Shown piece by piece: positions 1 through 10,638 of a DNA stretch of 64,000 nt (its first letter is position 1; each line of letters begins with the position of its first letter). The position numbers were made by a program, and so were the translations under genes. The notes beneath the pieces are model-generated. The model was not told the DNA's origin. It ran no database searches and worked only from the letters and a program-made list of their open reading frames with translations. The stretch is from a bacterium. GTDB lineage: Bacteria; Patescibacteriota; Patescibacteriia; Veblenbacterales; UBA10138. The DNA is taken from NCBI GenBank assembly GCA_020057885.1, contig JAGVEX010000015.1:130168-194167 (forward strand). The letters run 5' to 3'.

Positions 1-669
1 ATTTTGTGAAATAGCAAACACCGCGGGGATAGAATCAACCGCAAAAATAATATCGGTCGCCTCTACCATTAAAACAACCATAAATAATGAGGTAAAATAA
101 AATTTACCATTTTCTCTAAAAAAGAATTTCCCGTTATGATGACTATCTGTAAAGGGTAATAATTTATGAGCAAACTTTATAATCTTGTTATTTTTAAAAT
201 CAATATGCTCTTCTTTTTTATCACGCAATAATTTAATACCTGTATAAAGCAAAATTGCCCCAAAAATATATAAAACCCAATAAAATTGATGAATGATATA
301 TGCGCCTGCTCCAATAAATACTGCACGAAAGATTATTGCCCCTAAAATTCCCCAAAATAAAGCTTTGTGGTGATATTTTTCTTCTAACTTAAAATAGCTA
401 AAAATTAACAGTATTACAAAAAGATTATCTACAGAGAGCATCTTTTCTGTAATATATGCACTAAAAAATTCAACCGCTGTTTCTTTTCCTATGAATAAAT
501 AAATCAAAAAACCAAAAACCAATGAAATCCCAATCCAAAATAATGACTGATAAAGAGCGGGTTTAAATTCAATTTTATGGCTTACTTTATTAAGAAAACC
601 AAGATCTATAACTAAAAAACCTATTACAACAACTGCAAATAAAATTATCAAATTAGTTTGCGCATCCAT
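1..669 (-). CDS. TerC/Alx family metal homeostasis membrane protein (3' end runs off the window)
   Basis: Translated by hand, not in the ORF track: MDAQTNLIILF...SVDNLFVILLIFSYF...ALFWGILGAIIFRAVFI...DIIFAVDSIPAVFAIS; these are TerC signature motifs. Confidence 0.9.
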   Translation of the reverse strand, partial: MDAQTNLIILFAVVVIGFLVIDLGFLNKVSHKIEFKPALYQSLFWIGISLVFGFLIYLFIGKETAVEFFSAYITEKMLSVDNLFVILLIFSYFKLEEKYHHKALFWGILGAIIFRAVFIGAGAYIIHQFYWVLYIFGAILLYTGIKLLRDKKEEHIDFKNNKIIKFAHKLLPFTDSHHNGKFFFRENGKFYFTSLFMVVLMVEATDIIFAVDSIPAVFAISQN

Positions 670-814
670 ATAAATATATTTTACTGTAACTCATTATAGA
701 AAATTTATAATCTTTTTTGACTATCTAATATTGGTTTCAAGAAAACATCTTCAACTAACCCATCTCTTCTCATTGCATATAAATGGATAATTAAGATCTT
801 TAATAAATTAAAGC

Positions 815-970
815 TCAAGTATTTTTAAATTCCTGTTCACTGCCACACCAAGGACAAAACCATTTATCTTTAACGCATGGAGCCTCTGCCACGCTCCACC
901 ATTTTTTACAAACGCCGCAAGAAAAATGGGTTAACTTTTCGTATGATTTTTTACCCATCGTTCTTTTCAT
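815..970 (-). CDS. small zinc-ribbon protein, 51 aa
   Basis: Translated by hand: MKRTMGKKSYEKLTHFSCGVCKKWWSVAEAPCVKDKWFCPWCGSEQEFKNT; two CxxC pairs; starts 20 bp after the ATPase stop on the same strand. Confidence 0.75.
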   Translation of the reverse strand: MKRTMGKKSYEKLTHFSCGVCKKWWSVAEAPCVKDKWFCPWCGSEQEFKNT

Positions 971-990
971 ATAAATTATAGCCGCACCAA

Positions 991-3561
991 TTAAATTTTA
1001 ACATCTTTACTAAAATAAATCTTTACAACTTTAAGCCCCTCAAACCACAAAATACTAAGTAAGCCGAATCCTATGGCTGTCATAACACCCATTTTATCTG
1101 GCCTGCTAAATTTAAAAATATTGCTAAGCCAAGGAATATAAAATATAACTAATAAACCTGCTATAACGCTTATAATTATAGGTAACATAACTGGATTGCG
1201 GTTACGCCATGAAGTAAATATTGTTTGGGATAAAGTACGATTTGTTAAAATTAAACTTATATTAGCCGTAATCAAAGTAATAAAAGTAACACCTCTAGCT
1301 GTGTTAACAGAAAATCCATTTTTTATAGATAACACATAAACCAACAAAACCATGGCTAACATTCCCAGACCTTGTAAGATACTAAAAACTACTGCCCACT
1401 TATCAAAAAGTGGCTGCTGTAATTTACGGGGAGGCTGTGACATAACATCGCCTTCGGCTGGTTCCGCCTGAAAAGCAATGGAACAGGCCGGATCGGTTAT
1501 CAATTCTAAAAATACAATGTGCACTGGCATAAGGATCATTGGCCAGCCCAAAAAAATTGGTATAAGTGCCAAACCAGCTATAGGAATATGTATTGCCAAA
1601 ACATAAATAATGGCTTTGACTATATTTTTATAAATAACTCTCCCCTCTTTTACAGCGCCAACAATGGAAGTAAAATTGTCATCAAGCAAAACTACATCCG
1701 AAGCTTCACGCGCTACATCTGTACCGCGTTCCCCCATCGCAATACCAATATTTGCGGCCTTGAGCGCTGGTGCGTCGTTTACGCCATCACCGGTCATAGC
1801 CACCACTTCGCCGTTTGCCTTAAGCGCCTGCACTATTCTTAATTTTTGTTCTGGTACAACTCTAGCAAAAATAGAAATTGATTTAATGCGCTCAGCAAGT
1901 TCTGAGTCACTCATTTTATCCAATTCAGAACCGGTTATAATATTTTCGTAAGATGGTAACCCTATTTCCGTAGCTATTTTTTGGGCTGTACCAATATAAT
2001 CGCCTGTTATCATAATTACGCGCAGGCCGGCCTTATAGCACTCCGCCACGGCTTGATAAATTTGTGGGCGTACAGGATCTATAAATCCAATAAATCCCAA
2101 AAAATTAAAAGCTAAATCGTGTTGATCTTGTGGCAATTTACCATGTTTAAACTTTGCGCTAGCCACCCCTAATACGCGCAAACCTTTACTAGCCATTAAA
2201 TTAACCTGCTGAAGATTTTTCTTCTGCTCAGCAGAAGAAAAATGACATAATTCCATAATTGCTTCAGGCGAACCTTTGGCGGCCACTACATAATCAGGCT
2301 TGGCAGATGGCTGCCATACTTGCGACATGGCCAACAAATCCTTAGATAAAGGATATTGTTTAATAAGATTCCAATTACTGTTCCAGTGTTCTGTGTGCAA
2401 AAGCTGCTGTTTGCCAAAACTTAAAATAGCTTTTTCCATTGGATCAAAAGGATCTTTATGGCTCGCTAATACAGAAAATTCTAAAAGCCTATGATATTGT
2501 TCCGGTAAAGTATCTTCTTTTTTATTTGGTTCATAATAATCACCACCCGCATACATACCCCCTAGTGTCATTTGATTAAAAGTTAGAGTGCCTGTTTTAT
2601 CTACGCATAACACGGTAGTTGCGCCTAGTGTTTCAATAGCAGGAATTCTGCGCGTTAAAACATGTTTTTTAGACATTCGCCAAGCGCCCAAAGCCAAAAA
2701 AATAGTTAAAATAACCGGAAACTCCTCTGGCAACAAAGACATAGCCAAAGCAATGCTAGCTAAAAATCCACCCAGCCAATTATTAGTAGATAAGCTGTAA
2801 ACAACAAATAATAAAATACACAAAAATGCTCCCCAAATGGCAAAGCGTTTAACTAATACTTTAATTTCTTTCTGCAGTAAAGTATTGCCTTTTTCTAGAA
2901 CTTGCAACGATTTACCTATTTTTCCAACTTCCGTGTTAGCTCCAATAGATAAAACTTGCGTTACGGCGCGGCCCTCGGTAATAAGAGTGCTTGAATAAAC
3001 AAAAGGCAAATTCTCGCCACCTGGCCTACTCGGCTTTAATTTTCCGTCCCACACGTTTTTATGCACTGGCACCGATTCACCCGTAAGCAAAGATTCATTA
3101 ACTGCTAAATTATCTGTTGCCAAAATAACCGCATCAGCCGGTACCCTATCGCCTTCTGACAAAATCATAATATCGCCGCGTACTATTTCACGCCCAGGAA
3201 TACGTTTTGGTTCTCCACCGCGAATAACTAAAGCGCGCGGACTGGATAAATCACGCAACGCCTCCAACGCTCGTTCTGTTTTGCGTTCCTGATAAAAAGT
3301 TATGGCCATAATAAACAAAATCGAACCAAGCAAAAGCGCTGCCTCGCCTAAATCACCCAACACCAAATAAACTAGGCCGCAAATAATAAGCAAAATAAAC
3401 ATCGGCTCTTTAACTACCTCCAGAGCAATGCTTAAAATACTGCTGCGTTTGGCAGTTGATATTTCGTTATAACCCTCTTTGATAATCAACTCTCGCGCTC
3501 TCTCTTGAGAAAGGCCGGGCCAAGCGCTGTAATTTACTTCTGGTGATACTGAAATTGGCAT
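991..3561 (-). CDS. cation-translocating P-type ATPase (type IIA, Ca2+/Mn2+-like)
   Basis: TGES, LPEEFP, DKTGT, KGSPE, MITGD and TGDGVNDAPAL motifs; about 10 TM helices. Confidence 0.93.
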   Translation of the reverse strand: MPISVSPEVNYSAWPGLSQERARELIIKEGYNEISTAKRSSILSIALEVVKEPMFILLIICGLVYLVLGDLGEAALLLGSILFIMAITFYQERKTERALEALRDLSSPRALVIRGGEPKRIPGREIVRGDIMILSEGDRVPADAVILATDNLAVNESLLTGESVPVHKNVWDGKLKPSRPGGENLPFVYSSTLITEGRAVTQVLSIGANTEVGKIGKSLQVLEKGNTLLQKEIKVLVKRFAIWGAFLCILLFVVYSLSTNNWLGGFLASIALAMSLLPEEFPVILTIFLALGAWRMSKKHVLTRRIPAIETLGATTVLCVDKTGTLTFNQMTLGGMYAGGDYYEPNKKEDTLPEQYHRLLEFSVLASHKDPFDPMEKAILSFGKQQLLHTEHWNSNWNLIKQYPLSKDLLAMSQVWQPSAKPDYVVAAKGSPEAIMELCHFSSAEQKKNLQQVNLMASKGLRVLGVASAKFKHGKLPQDQHDLAFNFLGFIGFIDPVRPQIYQAVAECYKAGLRVIMITGDYIGTAQKIATEIGLPSYENIITGSELDKMSDSELAERIKSISIFARVVPEQKLRIVQALKANGEVVAMTGDGVNDAPALKAANIGIAMGERGTDVAREASDVVLLDDNFTSIVGAVKEGRVIYKNIVKAIIYVLAIHIPIAGLALIPIFLGWPMILMPVHIVFLELITDPACSIAFQAEPAEGDVMSQPPRKLQQPLFDKWAVVFSILQGLGMLAMVLLVYVLSIKNGFSVNTARGVTFITLITANISLILTNRTLSQTIFTSWRNRNPVMLPIIISVIAGLLVIFYIPWLSNIFKFSRPDKMGVMTAIGFGLLSILWFEGLKVVKIYFSKDVKI

Positions 3562-3567
3562 AAATAC

Positions 3568-4092
3568 TTATAATTTAATCTCTAGGCTATTAAATTCTAT
3601 AAAATTTGCTAAAAAATTTTTAATAGAATCTAGAAACTCATTTGGATTCTCAGTAAGTTCACGTTTTAAATCTTCCTTAGAAAACCATTTTACTTCTGCA
3701 ACCTCATCTTTTTGAATCTTAAATTCATTAATTGGTTTATCAATCTTTAAAAAGTACCGCTGTACAAAATAATTATACTTATTCGTCACCCTATACAATT
3801 TAGAGCCAACTTCAAACTTAATGCCAGTAAGGCCAAGTTCCTCTGATGCTTCTTTGATAATATTACTTTCAAATGTTTCATCTTTTTCAACTGTACCAGC
3901 AACTGCCGTTCCCCACTTACCCGGATCATGTGATTTATTGTAAGCGCGACGAGCTAATAAAACTTCGTCCTTACTATTTGTAATCCAAAGAGTAGACACA
4001 CGATTAACATCGTTTAATTCTAATCCAGCCTCATAATCCTTGTACCCAATTATATTATCTTGCTCATCTAAAATTATAATAGGCGGCTTCAT
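3568..4092 (-). CDS. Nudix hydrolase (IDI/YfcD-like)
   Basis: LLARRA..K...PGKW...AGTVEKDE.......KEASEELG, a Nudix-box variant. Confidence 0.8.
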   Translation of the reverse strand: MKPPIIILDEQDNIIGYKDYEAGLELNDVNRVSTLWITNSKDEVLLARRAYNKSHDPGKWGTAVAGTVEKDETFESNIIKEASEELGLTGIKFEVGSKLYRVTNKYNYFVQRYFLKIDKPINEFKIQKDEVAEVKWFSKEDLKRELTENPNEFLDSIKNFLANFIEFNSLEIKL

Positions 4093-4119
4093 AAATTATT
4101 CTTAAATAATATAATTAAT

Positions 4120-5760
4120 TTACCTTAAATACTTAGAAACATCAACCCAATTCTGTAAATCTTTTGCGTTTGCCACATAACCTTTAATATCTATAGCAGA
4201 GCCCTTGTGTATTCCTAAATGCAAATGTTTTCTTTCAAAATCAGTTTCCGTGCTGTACCCATTGCCAAGCACGCCAATTGTCTCGCCAGCTGACAAATTG
4301 TCGCCTACTTTAGCTGTAATGCTAGCTAATTTAAGATGGCCATAAATAATTGTTACTATTTTATTATCCAAACTGCAACTCTGCACTAATACCCCACCAT
4401 AACCAGTAGCCCATTTTTTAAGCAAAACAGAACCAGCGCATAGGGCGTTGATTTTAACATCCTTATCCTCCTCACCCACTAAAATTTCAAAATCCACTCC
4501 AGTATGATAACCAGAAAAATGTTCTGGCCGCACAGGGGAATTTTGTGGTGTAATTTTAATACCAAATGGTTTTTTTGTTATGCGCTCCAAAGCTTTATCT
4601 AAAGGGGTTTGTAAAACTGAATCTGGTTTATTAAATTTATTATCAGATGATGATTTAAACTCCAATAATACAATTTCCGAAGGACTGCCTACGCGTAAAG
4701 GCGGCCCCCAGGTTCCAGCACCACTTGAGGTATAAACTTTCATTGAACTGTAATCATGCAAACTATAATCAAAACCCTTATAAATCGATTTGGTAATATA
4801 ATTAAATGGCCACATTTGGGCGCGATGAGTATGTCCTGAAATTTGAAAATTTACACCATTTTGTAAAGCAATGTCTAAATCAGAAGGTGAATGTTTAAGT
4901 AATATTATTGGCTTGGTTTTATCGCTAGTTAAATTTTTTAAAATATTTTCATAATCCGCGCGTTTAGCAGTGTCATTATAATCCACTCCGATTATTTTAA
5001 CTCCCGCTATATCCACCGCTTCATTATTCAAAATTTTAACACCTGATTCTTTTACAACATTAAGATATTTTTCTTTATCAAAAAATTCTTCATGGTTGCC
5101 AGTAATAAAATAAACTCCGAGCGACGCCTGCAACGAGGCTAGTGGTTTAACCGCGGTCTCTACTGGAAAACTGGAACTATCAAACAAATCACCACCGATA
5201 AAAATTATATCGGGATGTAATTTTTGTACTTTTTGAAAAAGTTTTTCTATTGCTGAAATACCATATACGTCCCCTAAATGCACATCGCTTAGCCAAACTG
5301 CTTTTTTACCATTCCACTCTTGGGGTAAATTAGGCAAACTAACTTTAATGTTAGTAACAATAACACTATAAGCCTGCACTACACCGTAAACACTAATCAA
5401 CAATGCTATGGAAAGTAATACTTTTCCCAAAATAAATAAATTTATGTTTGTAAAAAAGTGTCCACCCACACTAACCGCTAACCAATAAATACCACATGCT
5501 AAAAATAAATACAGTAAAAAACCAAGCCACGCCGCGGAAATTGTATAAAAAATACTTAAAATAGAATTATAATAGCGAAAGGTGAGTAAAGATGCCGCTA
5601 CAAAACTAACGGAAAGAGTTATTAAAATTATTTTAAGAAAAATTAGAGTGTTGGAATTATTCAAAGTGAATACAGAAATAAATGTTTTATATAAAACAAA
5701 ATGACCCAAGGCAATTATTCCTTGGATAATTAATATAACAATTATAAAAACTGGCACCAT
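4120..5760 (-). CDS. membrane metallophosphoesterase (YkuE/YaeI-like) fused to a C-terminal M23 peptidase domain
   Basis: About 4 TM helices, then SDVH, GDLFD, GNHE and SGHTH motifs; C-terminus has HTGVD, YGHL and HLHL M23 motifs. Confidence 0.85.
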   Translation of the reverse strand: MVPVFIIVILIIQGIIALGHFVLYKTFISVFTLNNSNTLIFLKIILITLSVSFVAASLLTFRYYNSILSIFYTISAAWLGFLLYLFLACGIYWLAVSVGGHFFTNINLFILGKVLLSIALLISVYGVVQAYSVIVTNIKVSLPNLPQEWNGKKAVWLSDVHLGDVYGISAIEKLFQKVQKLHPDIIFIGGDLFDSSSFPVETAVKPLASLQASLGVYFITGNHEEFFDKEKYLNVVKESGVKILNNEAVDIAGVKIIGVDYNDTAKRADYENILKNLTSDKTKPIILLKHSPSDLDIALQNGVNFQISGHTHRAQMWPFNYITKSIYKGFDYSLHDYSSMKVYTSSGAGTWGPPLRVGSPSEIVLLEFKSSSDNKFNKPDSVLQTPLDKALERITKKPFGIKITPQNSPVRPEHFSGYHTGVDFEILVGEEDKDVKINALCAGSVLLKKWATGYGGVLVQSCSLDNKIVTIIYGHLKLASITAKVGDNLSAGETIGVLGNGYSTETDFERKHLHLGIHKGSAIDIKGYVANAKDLQNWVDVSKYLR

Positions 5761-5817
5761 AATATTAGTATAATTGATAATTACTGATTATACTAGCAAA
5801 AAACCTAATCAATAACC

Positions 5818-5855
5818 ATCGGGGAAAAATAAGCGATCGCTTATTTTTCCCCGAT
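5818..5855. repeat. 38 bp perfect loopless palindrome, copy 1 of the GCGATCGC-core family
   Basis: atcggggaaaaataagcga|tcgcttatttttccccgat; 39 bp (5813-5851) are identical to 24063-24101. Confidence 0.95.
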
Positions 5856-5932
5856 ATTAAAATTAGTGGTATTTTGATAATTTTAATCAGTAACCCCGAA
5901 CCTAATCCGCAAATAAATACGAAAGCAGATAA

Positions 5933-6328
5933 TTACTCGGTAGTTTTGCCGTCAAAATGCTCTTCACTTTCCAGAGCTTCTTTTTTAGTAGCACGCACCA
6001 CACCATCTTGATGTTCTGGGGGAGAATAAACTGTATAAAGCTTCATTGCTTCTGTGGACGAGGTATTAATGATGTTGTGATTTGCACCAGCCGGCACCAC
6101 TACACAACTCCCATCCTCCAAAGCGTGTTCAACTCCATCCAACACGGCTTTGCCAACACCCTGCTCAATGCGCAAAAACTGATCTAAAGTGTGCATCTCT
6201 GCGCCGATTTCTTCGCCTGGCTGTAAACTCATTAACACTAGCTGACTAAACTTACCAGTATAAAGCACTTGACGGAAATTATTATTGGCAAGCGTATCTT
6301 GCTCTAAGTTTGTTACATATCCTTTCAT
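5933..6328 (-). CDS. cupin domain protein
   Basis: EIGAEMH..DQF...G.G and VVVPAG..HN cupin motifs. Confidence 0.9.
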   Translation of the reverse strand: MKGYVTNLEQDTLANNNFRQVLYTGKFSQLVLMSLQPGEEIGAEMHTLDQFLRIEQGVGKAVLDGVEHALEDGSCVVVPAGANHNIINTSSTEAMKLYTVYSPPEHQDGVVRATKKEALESEEHFDGKTTE

Positions 6329-6376
6329 AATAATTTAAATTAATAGTAAGAACTATTTAATTATAGCACTTTAAAC

Positions 6377-6410
6377 AAAAACAGTCTTGCAAATTGCCAA
6401 GACTGTTTTT
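6377..6410. terminator. intrinsic terminator of the ABC exporter operon
   Basis: aaaaacagtcttg-N8-caagactgttttt. Confidence 0.75.
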
Positions 6411-6432
6411 AATATAAACATTTAAACTGTAT

Positions 6433-6879
6433 TTATTGTTTAATATCAGTAACGGTAGGTCTAATCTGAATATTTTGGGCAACTACACTACCATCGCTAT
6501 TAGCCGTGCCATTAACGGACACATCTTCACCAACTTCTAAATCACCTACCACACCATCCGTAGTTTTACCTATACTGGTAGTATTCGAAAGAAATATTAT
6601 CTTTGAACCACCGTCTCTCAGCTTTACTATTATACTCTTATCGTCTTTACTGATTATTTCACCATTAATAAACTGGCTGCCGGCATTCGTTGCACTCCTT
6701 CGTGTGCCGTTTGTGCCACCAAGCATTTGCTGCCGCTGATCAGATGTTAAATTTTGGAAATTAGGCATTCCTGAATTATTTTTTGATGTAGTGCTTTGTC
6801 CATATTTCATACCACCGTAAAAAGATATAGCCCCAACCACTACTATAGCCGCTGTAATAATATATAATTTTTTATTCAT
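6433..6879 (-). CDS. membrane-anchored OB-fold protein (DUF5666-like)
   Basis: N-terminal TM; GEIISKD...GDLEVGE.V.V.G....DGSVVA..IQI pattern. Confidence 0.65.
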   Translation of the reverse strand: MNKKLYIITAAIVVVGAISFYGGMKYGQSTTSKNNSGMPNFQNLTSDQRQQMLGGTNGTRRSATNAGSQFINGEIISKDDKSIIVKLRDGGSKIIFLSNTTSIGKTTDGVVGDLEVGEDVSVNGTANSDGSVVAQNIQIRPTVTDIKQ

Positions 6880-6906
6880 ATTAAATTAATTTATTATTAA
6901 TAAAAA

Positions 6907-8136
6907 TTATTCATAACGCAAAGCTTCTATCGGGTTAAGCTTAGAAGCTCTACGAGCTGGATAATAACCAAAAACAATACCGATAGCCGCCGAAACACCA
7001 AAAGCTAAAGCAACTGAAGAAGATGTTACATTTGTAGCTGTTCCACCTATTTTAGTAATTAGCCAAGAGACTAACCATCCTAAAAGGATACCAATTATAC
7101 CTCCAATAAAAGTTAAGGCCACTGATTCGGCAAGAAATTGAATGTTAATGTCTCCATTTTTTGCACCCAACGATTTACGTAAACCAATTTCTCTGGTTCT
7201 TTCGGTTACAGTCGTTAACATCATATTCATAATACCAATACCGCCGACTAATAAAGAAATGCCGGCAATCGCCGCTAAAAGTAAAGTTAAAGTATCACTA
7301 ACTGAAGACATGGCACTTAAAATATCAGCTTGGTTAACAATTGTGAAATCGGCACTATCGGCATCCGTAATACCATGTCGCACCAAGAGTAAGGTTTTAA
7401 TTTGCTCTTGCACTGAATCCATCAAATTTTCCTGACTAACTTGAATATTAATATTACTAAGAGAGCTACTGCCAGTAAGATATCTTTGGGCGGTAATAAT
7501 TGGAATATAAATTAAATCATCCGCGCTGCCAAAACCAGTTCCACCCTTACTTTTAGCAACGCCAATAATATTAAATTCTAAATTTTCTATACGGATTTTT
7601 TCCCCCACCGGATCACTACCTTCGCCAAACAAATCATCACGCGCACCCGAACCTAAAACAGCCACCTTAGCATTCTTTTTTGATTGTTCCTCTGTAATAA
7701 AATTGCCTGACTCAATTTCCACATTTTTAACAGTCTGATAAGCTGCATTAACTCCATATATACTAATATTGCTATTTGTACCTTTGGTAGTTTTTACCTG
7801 CTTACGACTAGAAACAGTGGGGGCCACAGCATCAATACTCACGATTTGTGCTGTAATAGCTTCAGCATCATCATTTTTTAAAGTTGTAGCTGAACCCATT
7901 CCACCTCTCACCATTGTCCCAACACCGCTTTTTTGTGAACCAGGCGTAACCACTAATAAATTAGTACCCAGGGACTGAATATTTGTTTCTATATTTTTAG
8001 CGGCACCCTGACCAATAGAAACCATAGCAATAACTGAACCAATACCAATAACAATACCTAATATAGTCAAAAAAGACCTTGACTTATTAGATGATAAGGA
8101 AAAATAAATTTCCTGAGTCAAATCTGAAAAAAGCAT
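6907..8136 (-). CDS. MacB/FtsX-family ABC transporter permease
   Basis: RSFLTILGIVIG, VGGIGIMN, ERTREIGLRK, PIEALRYE. Confidence 0.95.
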   Translation of the reverse strand: MLFSDLTQEIYFSLSSNKSRSFLTILGIVIGIGSVIAMVSIGQGAAKNIETNIQSLGTNLLVVTPGSQKSGVGTMVRGGMGSATTLKNDDAEAITAQIVSIDAVAPTVSSRKQVKTTKGTNSNISIYGVNAAYQTVKNVEIESGNFITEEQSKKNAKVAVLGSGARDDLFGEGSDPVGEKIRIENLEFNIIGVAKSKGGTGFGSADDLIYIPIITAQRYLTGSSSLSNINIQVSQENLMDSVQEQIKTLLLVRHGITDADSADFTIVNQADILSAMSSVSDTLTLLLAAIAGISLLVGGIGIMNMMLTTVTERTREIGLRKSLGAKNGDINIQFLAESVALTFIGGIIGILLGWLVSWLITKIGGTATNVTSSSVALAFGVSAAIGIVFGYYPARRASKLNPIEALRYE

Positions 8137-8140
8137 AAAT

Positions 8141-8845
8141 TTATTTATCTTTTAATAAACTAAAACGCTTCCGATCAGCTGAAATCATGCCATCTTTAAT
8201 TTCGATTATTCGATCGGCGTGCTCGGCTACATATTTTTCATGAGTAATTAACACAATGGTGTGACCTTTTTCGCGGTTCAAACGTTTAAAAGTTTCCAAT
8301 ACCACATCACCGGTTTTTGAATCCAAATTACCAGTTGGTTCATCGGCTAAAATAAGGTCGGGTGAATTAACCAAGGCACGTGCAATAGCTACTCGCTGCA
8401 TCTGTCCACCAGAAAGTTGGTTTGATAAATGATGCCAACGGTCTTTCTCTAACCCCGAAGATTGCAGCGATGCTTCAGCCTTTAATTGTCTTTCATTCTT
8501 AGGTGTATTGCGATCATATATCAACGGCAAAACTACGTTACGCAACACAGTAGTACGGGAAAGTAAATTAAAAGATTGAAAAACAAAACCAATTTTTTGT
8601 GAACGGATTTCAGCCAATTCATCATCTGATAACTCAAGCATATTCCTGTCATTTAAAAAATAATTGCCACTGGTAGGCCTATCCAAAGCTCCCAGAATAT
8701 GCATAAGAGTTGATTTTCCTGATCCCGAAGGACCAATAATGGCAACAAATTCACCTTTTTTTATTTCAAAGGATACTTCCTTAAGTACCACTAAACCTGT
8801 ATCACCGGTTTGATAAATTTTTGTTATTTTCTCACACCTAATCAT
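8141..8845 (-). CDS. ABC transporter ATP-binding protein (LolD/MacB-like)
   Basis: [23 protein letters not shown]. Confidence 0.95.
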   Translation of the reverse strand: MIRCEKITKIYQTGDTGLVVLKEVSFEIKKGEFVAIIGPSGSGKSTLMHILGALDRPTSGNYFLNDRNMLELSDDELAEIRSQKIGFVFQSFNLLSRTTVLRNVVLPLIYDRNTPKNERQLKAEASLQSSGLEKDRWHHLSNQLSGGQMQRVAIARALVNSPDLILADEPTGNLDSKTGDVVLETFKRLNREKGHTIVLITHEKYVAEHADRIIEIKDGMISADRKRFSLLKDK

Positions 8846-8863
8846 AAATTAATCCGCCTAAAA

Positions 8864-10621
8864 TTAACGCGGACCGCCGCCAGCACCATTAAGTTGCATC
8901 ATACTCCTCATGGCATCATTAGAACTGTTTGAGTTAGTGCTCGTACTACTAGTAGTAGTGCTGCTAAGTGTTTGCGTGATAACAGCATCGCCTTCATTAA
9001 GACCGCTCATAACTTCAATGTTTTTATCATCACTTAAACCTGTAGTAATAACTTTTTGCTGGGGCGTTCCGTTAACCAAAACCTGAACATAGCTAGTTTC
9101 GTTAGCTGTTTTAACTGCCGTGGCAGGAACTAATAAAACATCGATTTTTGATTCTGTAATAATATCCGCACTCATACTCATTCCCGATTTAATTCTGTCG
9201 TCCTGAACATCAAAAGCAATCGTAACACCATAACTAACCACACCTTGTGAAACAGTGCCTATAGAATCAATTTCTGCAACTGTTCCTGTTATTGTTAAAC
9301 CAGTAACAGCATCAAAGGTAATTGTTACTTTTTGTCCAATTTTAACATTAGCTAAATCAACTTCATTTAAAGTAATTTCCGCCATTTGTTGTTTTGTGAC
9401 TATAGTCGCAACAGCTGTACCAGAAGAGGCTGAATCACCGACTTTAACATCTACCGACGCTATCACACCATCAAATGGCGCTCTTATGTAATAATCACTA
9501 AGCTTTTCACGAGCATCTAGAAGTGCATTTTCTTTTTGTTGTATTGATAGTTCTTGCGCTTTAATATCCAACGGATCTGCCCCAGCCTTGAGCTCAGCTA
9601 GAGATGTTGTTTTTTCAGCTATAGACCTATCGGCGTTAGTAATATCATCTTTACCAGTCTGAATACCACTCTTAGCTGAAAGAAGATTAAGCAGATGTGT
9701 ATTAGTTTTACCAATATAAGTATTCAAACTAGAAATATAAGTATCAGCCAGTGAATTGTATTTTAAGTTTCGTTCGGTTAACTTATCTTCATAAAATTGA
9801 ATAAGATTATTTTCGCTCTTGGCCGCTTCAGCTATACTTCTTGTTGTTTCATATGTTTCGTTTATTAACACCTCTATAACGCTGGTATCTGAAGAACGAC
9901 TCACTGATTTGTAATCATCAAAACTTTTGTCATAAGCTGCTCTTGCTTTTTGATAAGCTTCATAGGCGTCATCGCTATATTTCTTTGCCAAAATATTATC
10001 ATCGTATGATTTAATAGCGTCTACATAATAATCCTTATTCCATTGTCCATTATTACCTAAAGTACTACCTAAAAGCGTATCTTGAAGCCCTGTTATTATT
10101 GTTGGCAAATCAAGGAACGCATTAGCTGCAGTATTAAAGGCATCCTCGTAAATTTTTTCCAAATTATCAATAGCCGTCTGCTTTGTTTCTTGAACCTGAA
10201 CCAAACTATTTTCCGCTTGAATAAGAGAAAGCTCACTGGCCGGCTGTTTTAATTTCTCTAATGATAACTTAGCAGATTCAAGACTTACTTCAGCATCTCT
10301 GATAGTTTTCTGCGCGTCACTTGAATCAAGTTGAACTAAAATATCTCCTTTTTTTACTGTTTGACCGTTTGTTGCAGCCACCCTAACAACATCTCCAGAA
10401 GTTTTTGGTTTAATATCTACCTGACTAGAAGCAGAAACTTGCCCCGTGCCGCTTACTGAGACTGTCAAATTACCTTTAGCGGCAGCCGAAGTAATATATT
10501 TGGTCGTAACAGAACTGCTACTAAAATTTTTATAAATAAAATAACCAGCCACCAGTACAACTATAATAATAAAACCGGACAAAACTTTTCGTTTTAATAT
10601 TTTTGAAACAAAATTCATCAT
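8864..10621 (-). CDS. efflux periplasmic adaptor (MacA/HlyD-like) with a long helical hairpin
   Basis: N-terminal TM; lipoyl halves (GQTVKKGDILVQLD and IRAPFDG); beta-barrel and C-terminal GL.EGD. Confidence 0.9.
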   Translation of the reverse strand: MMNFVSKILKRKVLSGFIIIVVLVAGYFIYKNFSSSSVTTKYITSAAAKGNLTVSVSGTGQVSASSQVDIKPKTSGDVVRVAATNGQTVKKGDILVQLDSSDAQKTIRDAEVSLESAKLSLEKLKQPASELSLIQAENSLVQVQETKQTAIDNLEKIYEDAFNTAANAFLDLPTIITGLQDTLLGSTLGNNGQWNKDYYVDAIKSYDDNILAKKYSDDAYEAYQKARAAYDKSFDDYKSVSRSSDTSVIEVLINETYETTRSIAEAAKSENNLIQFYEDKLTERNLKYNSLADTYISSLNTYIGKTNTHLLNLLSAKSGIQTGKDDITNADRSIAEKTTSLAELKAGADPLDIKAQELSIQQKENALLDAREKLSDYYIRAPFDGVIASVDVKVGDSASSGTAVATIVTKQQMAEITLNEVDLANVKIGQKVTITFDAVTGLTITGTVAEIDSIGTVSQGVVSYGVTIAFDVQDDRIKSGMSMSADIITESKIDVLLVPATAVKTANETSYVQVLVNGTPQQKVITTGLSDDKNIEVMSGLNEGDAVITQTLSSTTTSSTSTNSNSSNDAMRSMMQLNGAGGGPR

Positions 10622-10638
10622 AAAATATTTTTATTTTA

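Noticed and set aside
670-814. yybP-ykoY (Mn2+) riboswitch expected upstream of TerC/Alx
   Set aside because: No GGGGAGUA-type conserved core or convincing stems on the minus strand; the spacer is simply AT-rich
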